Positions 16,156-25,792 of a stretch of 64,000 bases of DNA are shown in pieces. Origin of the DNA: Candidatus Saccharimonadales bacterium (lineage in GTDB: Bacteria; Patescibacteriota; Saccharimonadia; Saccharimonadales; SZUA-47); assembly GCA_041737385.1 (NCBI GenBank), contig JBGSRU010000002.1:205437-269436 (forward strand), read 5' to 3'. How positions within the stretch are numbered: the first letter of the stretch is position 1; every line of letters begins with the position of its first letter. Below the pieces are notes generated by a model. It saw only the letters and a program-made list of their open reading frames with translations, did no database searches and was not told the DNA's origin. Made by a program: the position numbers and the translations under genes.

Positions 16156-17976
16156 ATGAGTGATAAAATTAGAAACATTGCGATTATTGCTCATGTCGAT
16201 CATGGCAAAACTACTTTAGTAGATGGATTATTAAAACAGTCACATACATTTCGTGACAACCAAGCAGAGATGAGCCAAAGCCTGATAATGGACAGCGGCG
16301 ACCAAGAAAAAGAACGCGGTATTACCATCACCGCCAAGATTACTGCAGTTGATCATGACGGTTATCGAATCAATATCATAGACACTCCAGGACACGCTGA
16401 CTTTTCTGGTGAAGTTGAGAGAACTTTGCGTATGGCTGATGGTTGTATTCTGGTTGTTGACGCGCAAGAAGGACCTATGCCACAGACGAAATTTGTACTG
16501 AAAAAAGCACTTGAACTAGGTCTAAAGCCTATTGTTGTCATCAACAAAATTGATAAACCTGCTGCTAGAATTGTTGAAGTTGAAGATGAGCTCTCAAACC
16601 TGTTTTTGGAGCTAGCAGTTAATGAAGATCAGCTTCATTATCCTGTGTACTACGCTGTTGGGCGTGATGCTAAGGCATGGAAAACTGTTCCGGACGATGC
16701 TGAGTCTGACGACACAGATCTCTCAGTTATATTTGATGCAATTATTAACGAAGTATCTGCTCCGCATGTTGATGACAATGGTTCGCTCCAGTTGCTCGTA
16801 TCATCGCTTCGATACGATTCTTTCCAAGGAAAATACGCAGTAGGTCGTGTTGAGAGAGGCAAACTAACGAAAAAAGATCCAATTATTCTCTGTAGTGAAC
16901 ATGGTCAGATTAAAGGCAAAGTTGAGAAGTTGTATCGAACCGTTGGACTGGCATTTATCGAAGTCGATGAAGCAGTTGCTGGGGACATCGTGTCGGTGAC
17001 AGGCATACCTACTGCAAAGATTGGCGATACTATCGCAAGCGCCGATGATCCAGAAGCCCTTCCGCGTATCGAGGTCGAGCCACCAACACTTAAGATTTAT
17101 CTTGGCCCAAACACCAGCCCACTCAAAGGCAAAGAAGCGGAGTTTAACACGTCAAGACAGATTGGCGATAGATTGAAACAAGAACTCGAAACTAACGTTG
17201 GACTTGAAATTGAAGACCAAGGAATCGGTTTCTTGGTTGCTGGACGTGGTGAGCTTCATTTGTCAGTGCTTATTGAAACGATGCGACGAGAAGGTTTTGA
17301 ATTTGAGGTTGGAAGACCACAAGTTGTCACACATATTGAAGATGGCAACGAAGTAGAGCCAGTAGAAGAACTTACCGTTGAAGTTCCTGCTGAACATGTC
17401 GGTGCAGTACAGATGGAGCTCGGAAAACGCAAAGCTGAGTTGCTAGAACAAACAAGTTCGCCAAAGGGCGTGACTGAGTTGATCTACAAAATCCCAACCA
17501 GAGCACTACTTGGAGCACGTAACACATTGCTTACGGCCACCAAGGGTACAATTATTATGAATACACTACTTGATTCATACGCGCCACTCGGTGCAGCTCT
17601 CAACCAAATCCGTAATGGTGTCTTGATAGCTTGGGAAAACGGTGTTGCAACTCCTTACGCCTTGCAAAGTGCAGAAGAGCGCGGAGAACTATTTGTAGGC
17701 CCGACGCAGACTGTATATGCAGGACAAATCGTAGGATTAAACGTACGGCAAGACGACCTAGAAGTGAACGTATGTAAAGAAAAACACCTCACTAATATGA
17801 GAAGCTCATCGTCTGACGGCGTTGTGCAGCTCACTCCTTACACACAGTTTAGCCTTGAACAGTGTCTAGATTTCATCGAAAACGATGAGCTATTAGAAGT
17901 AACCCCAAAATCATTGAGGCTACGCAAAAAAGAGCTAGATCACAACAAGCGCAAACGCGCCGCAAAAAACAGCTAA
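16156..17976 (+). CDS. typA: Translational GTPase TypA/BipA
   Basis: 606 aa. [27 protein letters not shown] and NKID G-motifs, with BipA length. Confidence 0.95.
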   Translation: MSDKIRNIAIIAHVDHGKTTLVDGLLKQSHTFRDNQAEMSQSLIMDSGDQEKERGITITAKITAVDHDGYRINIIDTPGHADFSGEVERTLRMADGCILVVDAQEGPMPQTKFVLKKALELGLKPIVVINKIDKPAARIVEVEDELSNLFLELAVNEDQLHYPVYYAVGRDAKAWKTVPDDAESDDTDLSVIFDAIINEVSAPHVDDNGSLQLLVSSLRYDSFQGKYAVGRVERGKLTKKDPIILCSEHGQIKGKVEKLYRTVGLAFIEVDEAVAGDIVSVTGIPTAKIGDTIASADDPEALPRIEVEPPTLKIYLGPNTSPLKGKEAEFNTSRQIGDRLKQELETNVGLEIEDQGIGFLVAGRGELHLSVLIETMRREGFEFEVGRPQVVTHIEDGNEVEPVEELTVEVPAEHVGAVQMELGKRKAELLEQTSSPKGVTELIYKIPTRALLGARNTLLTATKGTIIMNTLLDSYAPLGAALNQIRNGVLIAWENGVATPYALQSAEERGELFVGPTQTVYAGQIVGLNVRQDDLEVNVCKEKHLTNMRSSSSDGVVQLTPYTQFSLEQCLDFIENDELLEVTPKSLRLRKKELDHNKRKRAAKNS

Positions 17977-17996
17977 TATACGCTATAATTAGACGC

Positions 17997-18209
17997 GTGG
18001 CAACAAAAGTGACTCGTTCAAGAAACATAAGAATCGGTGCAATCTGCTTGATACAGTTTGCGCTTCTCTGTGTGGTTCTCTTCGAATTCAACTTGTTCGC
18101 AATTTTTGTGTCAATTTGTTTAATTATACCCAGTCTTTTTGTATTGTACTCACCTAAACATGCAAAAGTTCTCATTAAATCGTTCATTGAGACTATTGGT
18201 ATTTGGTAG
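17997..18209 (+). CDS. Possible small membrane protein (70 aa, GTG start)
   Basis: Two hydrophobic helices. TATAAT lies 7 nt upstream of the GTG. No homology recognised. Confidence 0.35.
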   Translation: MATKVTRSRNIRIGAICLIQFALLCVVLFEFNLFAIFVSICLIIPSLFVLYSPKHAKVLIKSFIETIGIW

Positions 18210-18223
18210 TGAAGTAGTGTTCT

Positions 18224-19105
18224 TTATGCAACTTTTAACGGATTGAAACCATATGTCTCTTCAAATCGAACTAAATCTGGATGCTCAGGACTAGGCATGG
18301 GTAAGTCTACTAAATCATACAGCTCTACGGCTTGCTCTACCCCAATGCAACCAATTGAGATAACTGGAACGTGACGAGGGAAGTAATTAAAAGTGTCGTA
18401 TCTAAGCATATTTCTATAGAGCATTTGTGATGATCTGTCAGGTGTAACTTTAGTTGGATCAATTAAAAAAGCTATATCTGCAATCAACTGTTCATATGTT
18501 GGACTAGTGTTTTCGTCCACTAATCTCTCAGTCATCGTACGTAAGATAAAATCAAAAAGCCTAGGGCTTCTCAGGGCTTCAGACTGTCCAATCGTACCTA
18601 AGAGCTCTAAGTCCCCTCCCAAAAAACTTATATGTGCTTTAGCAAGCTCTGCATTTACTGAAGACTTGGATATGTCTCCAGCATCGACTACAGAAACTCC
18701 GTTTTTAGTGAGCTTAGCTGCCATTGTATCTTTAGAAGATTTTCGAGCTGAACGTACATAATCAGGAAAGACAATTACGCCACTTGCTATAGTTGACACA
18801 ATTGCGTCTAAAGGTCTGTCAGACTCTTCTATCAAAAGAGAAGCTTCGTCTATGATTGCAACACCGGAACCAACTAAGTCTATATTTGCTATGTGTCGCC
18901 CGTCCATTATAGGAGCTTTGTAGTGCGATGCAAGTGGCTCTAAAAAGCCTCTTGTCTTTCCAATACCAAACATACCAGATAGCAGAACAACATTTCCATT
19001 ATTAATGTCTGTAATTGTCCTATCGACTAGTTCATTCATAGCTGTTATTGGTCGCTCTGACCAAAAAGCATGATTTGAGTCGAGGAGCTCAGTAGGAGTG
19101 GGCAT
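18224..19105 (-). CDS. P-loop NTPase, unknown family (294 aa from ATG 19105)
   Basis: Walker A LLSGMFGIGKT and Walker B VAIIDEASLL. The ORF-track N-terminal 55 codons look like translated AT-rich promoter sequence. TATAAT 19120-19115 lies 9 nt upstream of ATG 19105. Confidence 0.65.
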   Translation of the reverse strand: MPTPTELLDSNHAFWSERPITAMNELVDRTITDINNGNVVLLSGMFGIGKTRGFLEPLASHYKAPIMDGRHIANIDLVGSGVAIIDEASLLIEESDRPLDAIVSTIASGVIVFPDYVRSARKSSKDTMAAKLTKNGVSVVDAGDISKSSVNAELAKAHISFLGGDLELLGTIGQSEALRSPRLFDFILRTMTERLVDENTSPTYEQLIADIAFLIDPTKVTPDRSSQMLYRNMLRYDTFNYFPRHVPVISIGCIGVEQAVELYDLVDLPMPSPEHPDLVRFEETYGFNPLKVA

Positions 19106-19176
19106 AATAAGTCTATTATACAATATAAATGAATTGTATACAATTTTACTAAATGAATACACTGCAACCATCAGCT

Positions 19177-19428
19177 TTACAAACTTCTGATTATTCTTAG
19201 AATTGTTATGCAAATGACTGCAATGCTCCAAAATACAGTAAGCGTAAATAGAGCCAATATCAGCGACCAAGATAAATCGCCTTGAATTGTGTTTGCTGAG
19301 TTACACAAGCTATCATCGATGAAACACGTGTCATTTCCGTAACTTAGTTGCCATATAAATATCCCTACCCACCAAAAAAACGAAATCAACAGTCTAATTT
19401 TTAACGCTTTTCTGTTTGGACGACTCAT
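19177..19428 (-). CDS. Possible small membrane protein (83 aa)
   Basis: Two Trp/Phe-rich hydrophobic segments. No homology recognised. Confidence 0.4.
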   Translation of the reverse strand: MSRPNRKALKIRLLISFFWWVGIFIWQLSYGNDTCFIDDSLCNSANTIQGDLSWSLILALFTLTVFWSIAVICITILRIIRSL

Positions 19429-19552
19429 AACCTAGTACGCGCTCGCCTTGACGCCGAAATACTGATCAAGCGTGCTGCCACTATTCTTTATAGTAGTGGC
19501 TGTTATCGCGCTTACTATATAAATACGTATCATAAGTGATAGTAGTACACAC

Positions 19553-21001
19553 TTACATATCTCGAATTTGGCCGAAGGCGATGCGGTCGAGGATTTCACC
19601 TGACATATCTAGCATAGTTGCTGGCGTGACGATAAACTCTCCATAACGGTTATTAATAGCGTCAACTGCGTCAGATACTCGCTTTCCGGCTTCGTAGCTC
19701 CGGTAGTTTGAATCCCCGATTTCTCGTCCCCAATCATCGTTTTGCTCGAACAGGCTCATCTGAACCGGATCCCAATCTTCTAGCCCGAAGACAGTTATCG
19801 ATAGAACTTTTACGTTCAAAGGTATATCAGCCTGATAGAGAAGCCGCTTGGCCGCGTCATAGATGTCAGCGGTAGAGTAAAGGCGGTGGGCGACTTTCTC
19901 CCCATGACTCCATTTGCGAAAGTTGTGTAGGTTAAACCCTCCAGCTTCCTTAACTGGCTGATCGTGTGTCCTGACAGCATCATGATAGACATCAAAGCTT
20001 AGGTGTAGATGGATGCCAGTAGCATATAGATTATTTTTACGTAAACGACGGCCGGTTTTTTCAGACAGTTTCATGAGTAATCTCTCAAGTTTGCTCAAAT
20101 CTCTTGTCTTGTCGGACAGAGCAACTTGATGACCGATGCTCCGTCGCTGCGTTTGATAATCTTCGGTCTCATAGCCGCGTAGTTTCATATACCAGTGATA
20201 GCCATTGATACTTTTGAACACCCTTTTGGTGAGCGTGTTCATGTCAGCCTCCAAGAACTCTAGTGGTGTGTATATACCAACTTGGCGCAGTCGAGCTCGA
20301 AAACGGGTGTTTATACCTGGTAGATCAACCAGCGTTACTCCCTCATACATAGCACGTACGTTGGTGTGATCGATGAGCATCATCCCATCTGGCTTGCCGA
20401 ACCCTGCTGCATACTTGGCTAGGAATCGATTCGGTGCGATGCCGATATTGACCGTCACCCATTCACCGAGACGTTCTTTAATCTTTGCCTTCATGTCATT
20501 ACCAATGTCGAGCATGGCTTTGTTGTGCAGCTGACGTTCTAGGTCAGATATTTGATGCTTGCTATTTGATGCTTGAGAAGGAGCGGCCACACCCTTGTTC
20601 ATTATTTCTTGTACCTTATTTTTCAAAATTATTGATTTTGACATGTCTAGCACGAATTCATCTATAGACTTAGGTACAACGTCTGGGGTGTACTCTAGCA
20701 TCAGTTCTTTGAACAGTCGGTGCGCCTCGCGGTACTTAGCTGGATCTGGCGTCATGATGATAATCCCCGGTGCCAGAGACCGCGACTGCTGCACGTTTAC
20801 TCCCAGTTTCACTCTCTTGGCCTTTGCTTCATAGCTGGCAGCGATAACGAAGCCTCGCGGCGTATCATAGGCAGCAACACCGACAGGACGCCCACGGAGT
20901 AGTCGGTTGGCTTGCTGTTCGATAATCGCGAAGCACGAATTGAGATCGATGTGCATAGTCATCGGCAGTGCTGTGTTGAGTAGAAAATTCTCTTTTATCA
21001 T
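19553..21001 (-). CDS. Y-family DNA polymerase (UmuC/ImpB-like)
   Basis: 482 aa. HIDLNSCFAIIEQ (UmuC-type D-x-N...E), SIDEFVLDM catalytic motif, little-finger-length C-terminus. Confidence 0.85.
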   Translation of the reverse strand: MIKENFLLNTALPMTMHIDLNSCFAIIEQQANRLLRGRPVGVAAYDTPRGFVIAASYEAKAKRVKLGVNVQQSRSLAPGIIIMTPDPAKYREAHRLFKELMLEYTPDVVPKSIDEFVLDMSKSIILKNKVQEIMNKGVAAPSQASNSKHQISDLERQLHNKAMLDIGNDMKAKIKERLGEWVTVNIGIAPNRFLAKYAAGFGKPDGMMLIDHTNVRAMYEGVTLVDLPGINTRFRARLRQVGIYTPLEFLEADMNTLTKRVFKSINGYHWYMKLRGYETEDYQTQRRSIGHQVALSDKTRDLSKLERLLMKLSEKTGRRLRKNNLYATGIHLHLSFDVYHDAVRTHDQPVKEAGGFNLHNFRKWSHGEKVAHRLYSTADIYDAAKRLLYQADIPLNVKVLSITVFGLEDWDPVQMSLFEQNDDWGREIGDSNYRSYEAGKRVSDAVDAINNRYGEFIVTPATMLDMSGEILDRIAFGQIRDM

Positions 21002-21519
21002 AATGCTCCTGCACGCGCTTGAATAGCGCTGGATTCTTCTATTTTTGATTGAGCAAAAACAGAAGCAAAAAACTCACACCCAGCCAAGAAACATGACTCA
21101 GTCCAGATACCAGGTGCTTCCGTGCAGCCAAGGACTCCCGTTGGTCGCCCCTCACTTATCGGTTTTACGTGTTCGGGGTTTAGGCTTGCTGCTTTACTCG
21201 GAAGTACCTGATTGAACTGAATCAGTTTCTTAGAGGGTGTATGGCTGCAGGAGCTGCGTGAGTTGTGAGCTACGGTAGCTCCGGGGTATGGGGCATAAAG
21301 AAGAATGTTCTGATTTAGATGTTGCTCAAAAACACATGATAAAAAAGCATGAGGAGGAAGTCCGCCATAGCCTGCGCTATAGGCCGGACGCCTTGCTTTT
21401 GTCATGTGTTTATTAACAACAGATACGTCACGAATATTTTTTCTGGCCCCATGTTTTGGATACTTTATCAAAAAGTATCGGGGGAAAAAAGATAATTGGT
21501 GAATTGCAGTTATTGACAT
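20998..21519 (-). CDS. Hypothetical protein translationally coupled to the Y-family polymerase
   Basis: ATGA overlap with the polymerase start. It is the only ORF of 60 aa or more listed in the ORF track for this segment (21002-21519). Ser/Ala/Pro-rich, with no S24 peptidase (UmuD/LexA) motifs visible. The true start may be Met39. Confidence 0.45.
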   Translation of the reverse strand: MSITAIHQLSFFPRYFLIKYPKHGARKNIRDVSVVNKHMTKARRPAYSAGYGGLPPHAFLSCVFEQHLNQNILLYAPYPGATVAHNSRSSCSHTPSKKLIQFNQVLPSKAASLNPEHVKPISEGRPTGVLGCTEAPGIWTESCFLAGCEFFASVFAQSKIEESSAIQARAGAL

Positions 21520-21630
21520 TTCATTAATAGTTTATATTTGTATCCTGAATTAAACCCCCAACTGCACCACCCCCTCGCTAAGTGTGATGGTTTTTTGTTT
21601 GTTCTATCCTTAATTCTCATCTATCATTCC

Positions 21631-21918
21631 TTATGCCTGTGAGTAGCTCACGTCATTAGCGCCGGCCATCATGTATTCTTCTAGCGTCCAGTGCAGGTTG
21701 TTGGCGTCAAACAGTAGTTTGAAATAGACCGCGTTATCTTTGCTGGCGAGAGAGAAATGATGCAGGGTGGTCAACCCCTGCTTCGTCTTGTGGTAAAAGT
21801 CTACTTTTCCTAAAGAGTAGTCGATGTTTTTCCACGTCAGAATCAGTGGCTTAAAGACTTTGTGCTTCTGTGAATACCCCGCGAGCACTGACACAGGTTC
21901 GTGCATACCCTCACGCAT
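21631..21918 (-). CDS. Hypothetical protein (95 aa)
   Basis: ORF whose ATG overlaps the stop of an upstream 59-codon ORF (ATGCGTGA). Confidence 0.5.
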   Translation of the reverse strand: MREGMHEPVSVLAGYSQKHKVFKPLILTWKNIDYSLGKVDFYHKTKQGLTTLHHFSLASKDNAVYFKLLFDANNLHWTLEEYMMAGANDVSYSQA

Positions 21919-22090
21919 CTTGGTAGTGCCTCACGACAAAAGCCGTCTTCTGCTTGGGTGCATAGATAGTATAGTCGTCGCGACTTTTGATGATGTCACC
22001 GACAAGGGTAGGTTCTGAGGTCTTTTGTAGAGTGTTTTTGTTTGCAGGTTCGTAGGCGCCAACTAGTTCGCCGAAGTAGTATATAGACAT
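21911..22090 (-). CDS. Hypothetical protein (59 aa, below the ORF-track cutoff)
   Basis: Hand translation from ATG 22090: MSIYYFGELVGAYEPANKNTLQKTSEPTLVGDIIKSRDDYTIYAPKQKTAFVVRHYQDA, stop TGA 21913-21911. GGAG lies 9 nt upstream. Confidence 0.4.
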   Translation of the reverse strand: MSIYYFGELVGAYEPANKNTLQKTSEPTLVGDIIKSRDDYTIYAPKQKTAFVVRHYQDA

Positions 22091-22464
22091 AGTAATAACT
22101 CCAATTATTGTTATAAGAGAGACACAGTTTTTACGGAAATCTGCGAAAACGTATGGAGCTTAGTTCGTGTGGATTTCGTTTCAATACGGTGTGTCTAGGA
22201 AAGAGTTAGAAGCTATTTTCTTTAGAGGAGACATATCTTTGGAGATACGTTAACGTAGAAAAAATTGTTTATAAACTTTTCTGGCACTTCATATGAAGCG
22301 TAAATTTGCACTGGACTGAGCTTAAAATTGGAGCAGGCAAGTGTTACCTCGGCTACGAATGTAATAGAGTTTGCGAGGAGGAATCATAAGAAGCCCTCAC
22401 ACAACTTACATATAATTATACATCGCAGATCGACAAAACGCTAGATACTTTGCGTCTTTTTAAA

Positions 22465-23091
22465 TTACTCAAACAGAGGCTTGGCTACTTCTGAACCTTG
22501 TTTTAGTTCCAGCGTGGTTGATTCTATTCCGAAATCTTGTAGCATTTCAGCTACTAAGTTAGTTGGCAGGCCAATTATTGTATCAAGCCGACCATCGAAA
22601 TGCTTGATATATGGTGCTATAAGTGGGTGCTGAATCGCATAGCCGCCAGCTTTGTCATAAGTTGTGCCAGTCGCTACATATTCATCGATTAGCGACTCTG
22701 GAAGCTCGTCAAACGTTACGTATGATGTGTCTGTCAGTACTTTTTGGTAGTTTTCTGCTAGACATACAACTGCTACTGAACAAATTAACTCGTGGGTTTG
22801 GTTGCTAAAATCACGTAAGAGTTGCTTTGCTTCTGCTTCGTTTTCTGGTTTGCCGATTTGTTTTCCTTTGAAAACAATAATGAGGTCACTGCCTATGACG
22901 ATGTCACGGTTGTGGTCTTTGGCAACGTCGAGCGCTTTGCCGAGCCCTAGCTCTTTAACGACATCAAAAACAGGGCGATCATCGTCAAAATATTCTTCGA
23001 AGTTGCTCGGAATCTGCGAAAAGGTAACCCCCATTTGATCTAATAGATATTTACGTCTAGGAGATTGTGAAGCGAGGATTATTTGCTTCAT
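22465..23091 (-). CDS. maf: Maf-like nucleoside-triphosphate pyrophosphatase
   Basis: 208 aa. ILASQSPRR..LL N-terminus and YDKAGGYAIQ motif. Confidence 0.9.
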   Translation of the reverse strand: MKQIILASQSPRRKYLLDQMGVTFSQIPSNFEEYFDDDRPVFDVVKELGLGKALDVAKDHNRDIVIGSDLIIVFKGKQIGKPENEAEAKQLLRDFSNQTHELICSVAVVCLAENYQKVLTDTSYVTFDELPESLIDEYVATGTTYDKAGGYAIQHPLIAPYIKHFDGRLDTIIGLPTNLVAEMLQDFGIESTTLELKQGSEVAKPLFE

Positions 23092-23093
23092 TT

Positions 23094-23801
23094 TTACAGC
23101 TCAAAGTCTGCCCAGATAAGCGGGTGATCTGACCCATAATTTAGAGAATACTGAGCGTTTGATGATTGAATCTCAGGCTTGTGATAAATAGCGTCGATGC
23201 TAATAGTCGGCAGCCACAATGGGATATTTTTGCCTCTGTATTCTTTTGAGGGAAACGGTGGACGGTTTTTGGCGTGGGTTTCTTTGTAGTGCCGACTAGC
23301 GCGTAACCGCGTAATAAAAATAGGGGTTGCATTGAGATCACCCATAAAGATGTCGGGGTTTGTGGCCAAGATCGTACTCATATGTTTGTTCTTTGACCTT
23401 GTATGCCGTATCAGCCTCCACGGTGAGTGACAACCGATGAGCGATAGTTCTGGAAGCTTCAGGTAGAGTACTTTATTGCGTGGCTCTTTTATCACTTCGA
23501 TGGCTTCCGTCGTTGCTACTTTGGCAGTTATCGGATCAGCCAAGAACATTGAAAATTCTTTAGGATTGCTACGGTAATTAATAGGCTTACCAACGGCAAC
23601 GAGGCCGGTTTCTTTAAGGATTGTGTCGATGATTTCGAGGTTCGATACTTCACATAAAAACATAATGAACTTGTCGCCAACAGTATAGATGCTCTTGATC
23701 TCATTAATAATTAAATCTGATCTGTCGGTTTGTGTGGCATGCTTAGGTACTGCCCAGTCATTCAATATGTTCCAAGAAGCAATTCTTATATGAGCACTCA
23801 T
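23094..23801 (-). CDS. Endonuclease/exonuclease/phosphatase (EEP) family protein
   Basis: IASWNIL N-terminus, GDLNATP, and GSDHPLIWADF C-terminus. Confidence 0.8.
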   Translation of the reverse strand: MSAHIRIASWNILNDWAVPKHATQTDRSDLIINEIKSIYTVGDKFIMFLCEVSNLEIIDTILKETGLVAVGKPINYRSNPKEFSMFLADPITAKVATTEAIEVIKEPRNKVLYLKLPELSLIGCHSPWRLIRHTRSKNKHMSTILATNPDIFMGDLNATPIFITRLRASRHYKETHAKNRPPFPSKEYRGKNIPLWLPTISIDAIYHKPEIQSSNAQYSLNYGSDHPLIWADFEL

Positions 23802-23803
23802 AA

Positions 23804-24376
23804 TTACATCTCTACTTCTAGGAGTTCAATGTCAAATATCAGTGTTGAATTTGGTGGTATAGGGTCTTGTCCCGTTGGACCGTACCCAAATGCTGATGGG
23901 ACTATAAGTCGTCGTTTGCCGCCAACTTTCATGCCTTCGATTGTCTGCTCCCATCCAGCGATAACCTGTCCAGCACCTAGCTCAAACACAAATGGTTGAA
24001 TTTGACCTGTCTCATCAGCCCTTGACTGGTCAAACAACTCTCCGTTCGTCAGCCAACCTTTATAAAGCATTGCCACACGCTTGCCAATAACTGCAGGAGC
24101 TCCTTGGCCAACCATTTCATCAATGAACAGAGCTGATTCAGTATTTGCATATTCTTCGTATATTGAGAACTCTATAGGCAGCGGAAGAGCAGTAGCAGGT
24201 GTATTAGGTAGTAATTCGGTAGAATTTAGCGGGATTGTTAGCTTTTCATTTGCTGGCGTTGAGCTAACTGTAAGAACTTCTTTAGGCTGTTTAGCGGGAG
24301 CACGATATAGGTATAACGAAAGCCCTCCAGCAAAAATCACCAACACAAGGCTGTAAATCATGACACGTATCTTCAT
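23804..24376 (-). CDS. FKBP-type peptidyl-prolyl isomerase with N-terminal membrane or signal anchor
   Basis: V...Y.G.L.NG..FD.S...PF.F.LG.G.VI.GW...I.GMK.GG.R.L.IP...YG....IPPNSTL.F.IELL. Confidence 0.9.
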   Translation of the reverse strand: MKIRVMIYSLVLVIFAGGLSLYLYRAPAKQPKEVLTVSSTPANEKLTIPLNSTELLPNTPATALPLPIEFSIYEEYANTESALFIDEMVGQGAPAVIGKRVAMLYKGWLTNGELFDQSRADETGQIQPFVFELGAGQVIAGWEQTIEGMKVGGKRRLIVPSAFGYGPTGQDPIPPNSTLIFDIELLEVEM

Positions 24377-24383
24377 AGAAGTT

Positions 24384-25709
24384 CTAAAGGTTCCCTATAT
24401 AGGTTGATGGAGTGAGTTCTAGCAAACGCTGTTTTTCAGAAGCGTTAATTTCTAGAGTGTTGATGAACTTATGCAAATCATCCTTGGTGATTGTTTTCCC
24501 TCTGGAGATAGATTTCATTTGATCGTACGCGTCAACAATGCCGTTTTTACGCATTACCGTTTGGACTGCTTCAGTGAGTAGCGCCCATTGATCGTCAAGC
24601 TCTGCTTCCATCTTTTTAGGATTACCAGAAACTTTAGTTAGACCTTTTTGAAGTGATTTTAATGCAAGCAATAGGTGACCATATGCTTCGCTCAGGCTTC
24701 TCATGGCTGAAGAATCACTCAGGTCTCTCTGTAGCCTAGATATAGGCAGTTTGGATGACAAGTGATCAAATAGTGCATTGGCTATTCCGAAATTGGCTTC
24801 TGCGTTCTCAAAATCAATAGGATTTACTTTGTGTGGCATCGTAGATGAGCCGACTTCACCAGCAACGATTTTTTGTGTCAGATACCCCATAGATATGTAC
24901 TGCCAGAAATCACGGCTGAGACCTATTAATATCGTTCCGGTCAGTGATAAATCATTGTTGAGACGTGCAAGCCAGTCGTGTGAATCAATCTGAGTAGTCA
25001 GTGGGTTGTAAACAAGACCGAGCGATTCAACGAAGTTCTCCATTTCCCGAGGCCAGTCAATCTCTGGATAGGCGATAGTATCAGCAGCATAGGTACCTGT
25101 TGCGCCGTTACATTTACCGAATATGACTAGACTGGCGATATTTTCAATCTGCATGTTTACTCGGCGCTCAAACACTGCAACTTCTTTGCCGAGTGTCGTC
25201 GGTGTCGCTGGTTGGCCGTGAGTGTGTGACATCATGACTGATCGTTCTTCTTGCAAGGACAGCTCATGCAACCGTGAGGTTATTTTATGTAGTTCAGGTA
25301 CAATCACTTCGTCTCTGGCATCTTTGAGCATCAGTGCATAGCTCAGGTTGTTGATGTCTTCGCTCGTGCGACCAAAATGAATATACGCCTGCACGTCAGA
25401 AGAAACTCCTGCTCCTTCAAGCTTGTTTTTTATCCAAAGTTCAACTGCTTTTACGTCGTGATTTGTTTCTGCTTCGATCTTTTTTATTTCTTCAACATCC
25501 TTGTTGCTGAACAAGTCCATGATTATTTTAACTGCTGAACGTTTCTCTTCGTCAAACGGTTTTCCAACAATATCAGTGATGTAGCTAAGCCATGAAAGCT
25601 CAACTTTCACCCGATACTTTATGAGCGCATTCTCGGAAAAATATGGCACTAATTCTTTCACTCTATCGTAATAACGTCCATCAAGTGGCGTCAAAGCTGG
25701 CTGGTTCAT
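24384..25709 (-). CDS. purB: Adenylosuccinate lyase
   Basis: 441 aa. LTPLDGRY N-terminus and the fumarate-lyase signature GSSTMPHKVNP. Confidence 0.95.
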   Translation of the reverse strand: MNQPALTPLDGRYYDRVKELVPYFSENALIKYRVKVELSWLSYITDIVGKPFDEEKRSAVKIIMDLFSNKDVEEIKKIEAETNHDVKAVELWIKNKLEGAGVSSDVQAYIHFGRTSEDINNLSYALMLKDARDEVIVPELHKITSRLHELSLQEERSVMMSHTHGQPATPTTLGKEVAVFERRVNMQIENIASLVIFGKCNGATGTYAADTIAYPEIDWPREMENFVESLGLVYNPLTTQIDSHDWLARLNNDLSLTGTILIGLSRDFWQYISMGYLTQKIVAGEVGSSTMPHKVNPIDFENAEANFGIANALFDHLSSKLPISRLQRDLSDSSAMRSLSEAYGHLLLALKSLQKGLTKVSGNPKKMEAELDDQWALLTEAVQTVMRKNGIVDAYDQMKSISRGKTITKDDLHKFINTLEINASEKQRLLELTPSTYIGNL

Positions 25710-25792
25710 ATATAAAACTATACAGGTTTTAGGGCGCAGCGTGTACTATATTTAAGGATTATTAAAAAAACTATAAGCGATCCGAGGGTTTT

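Noticed and set aside
18224-19270. 348-aa version of the NTPase ORF
   Set aside because: The first 55 codons translate an AT-rich promoter-like region containing TATAAT and the 14-nt palindrome. ATG 19105 is more plausible.
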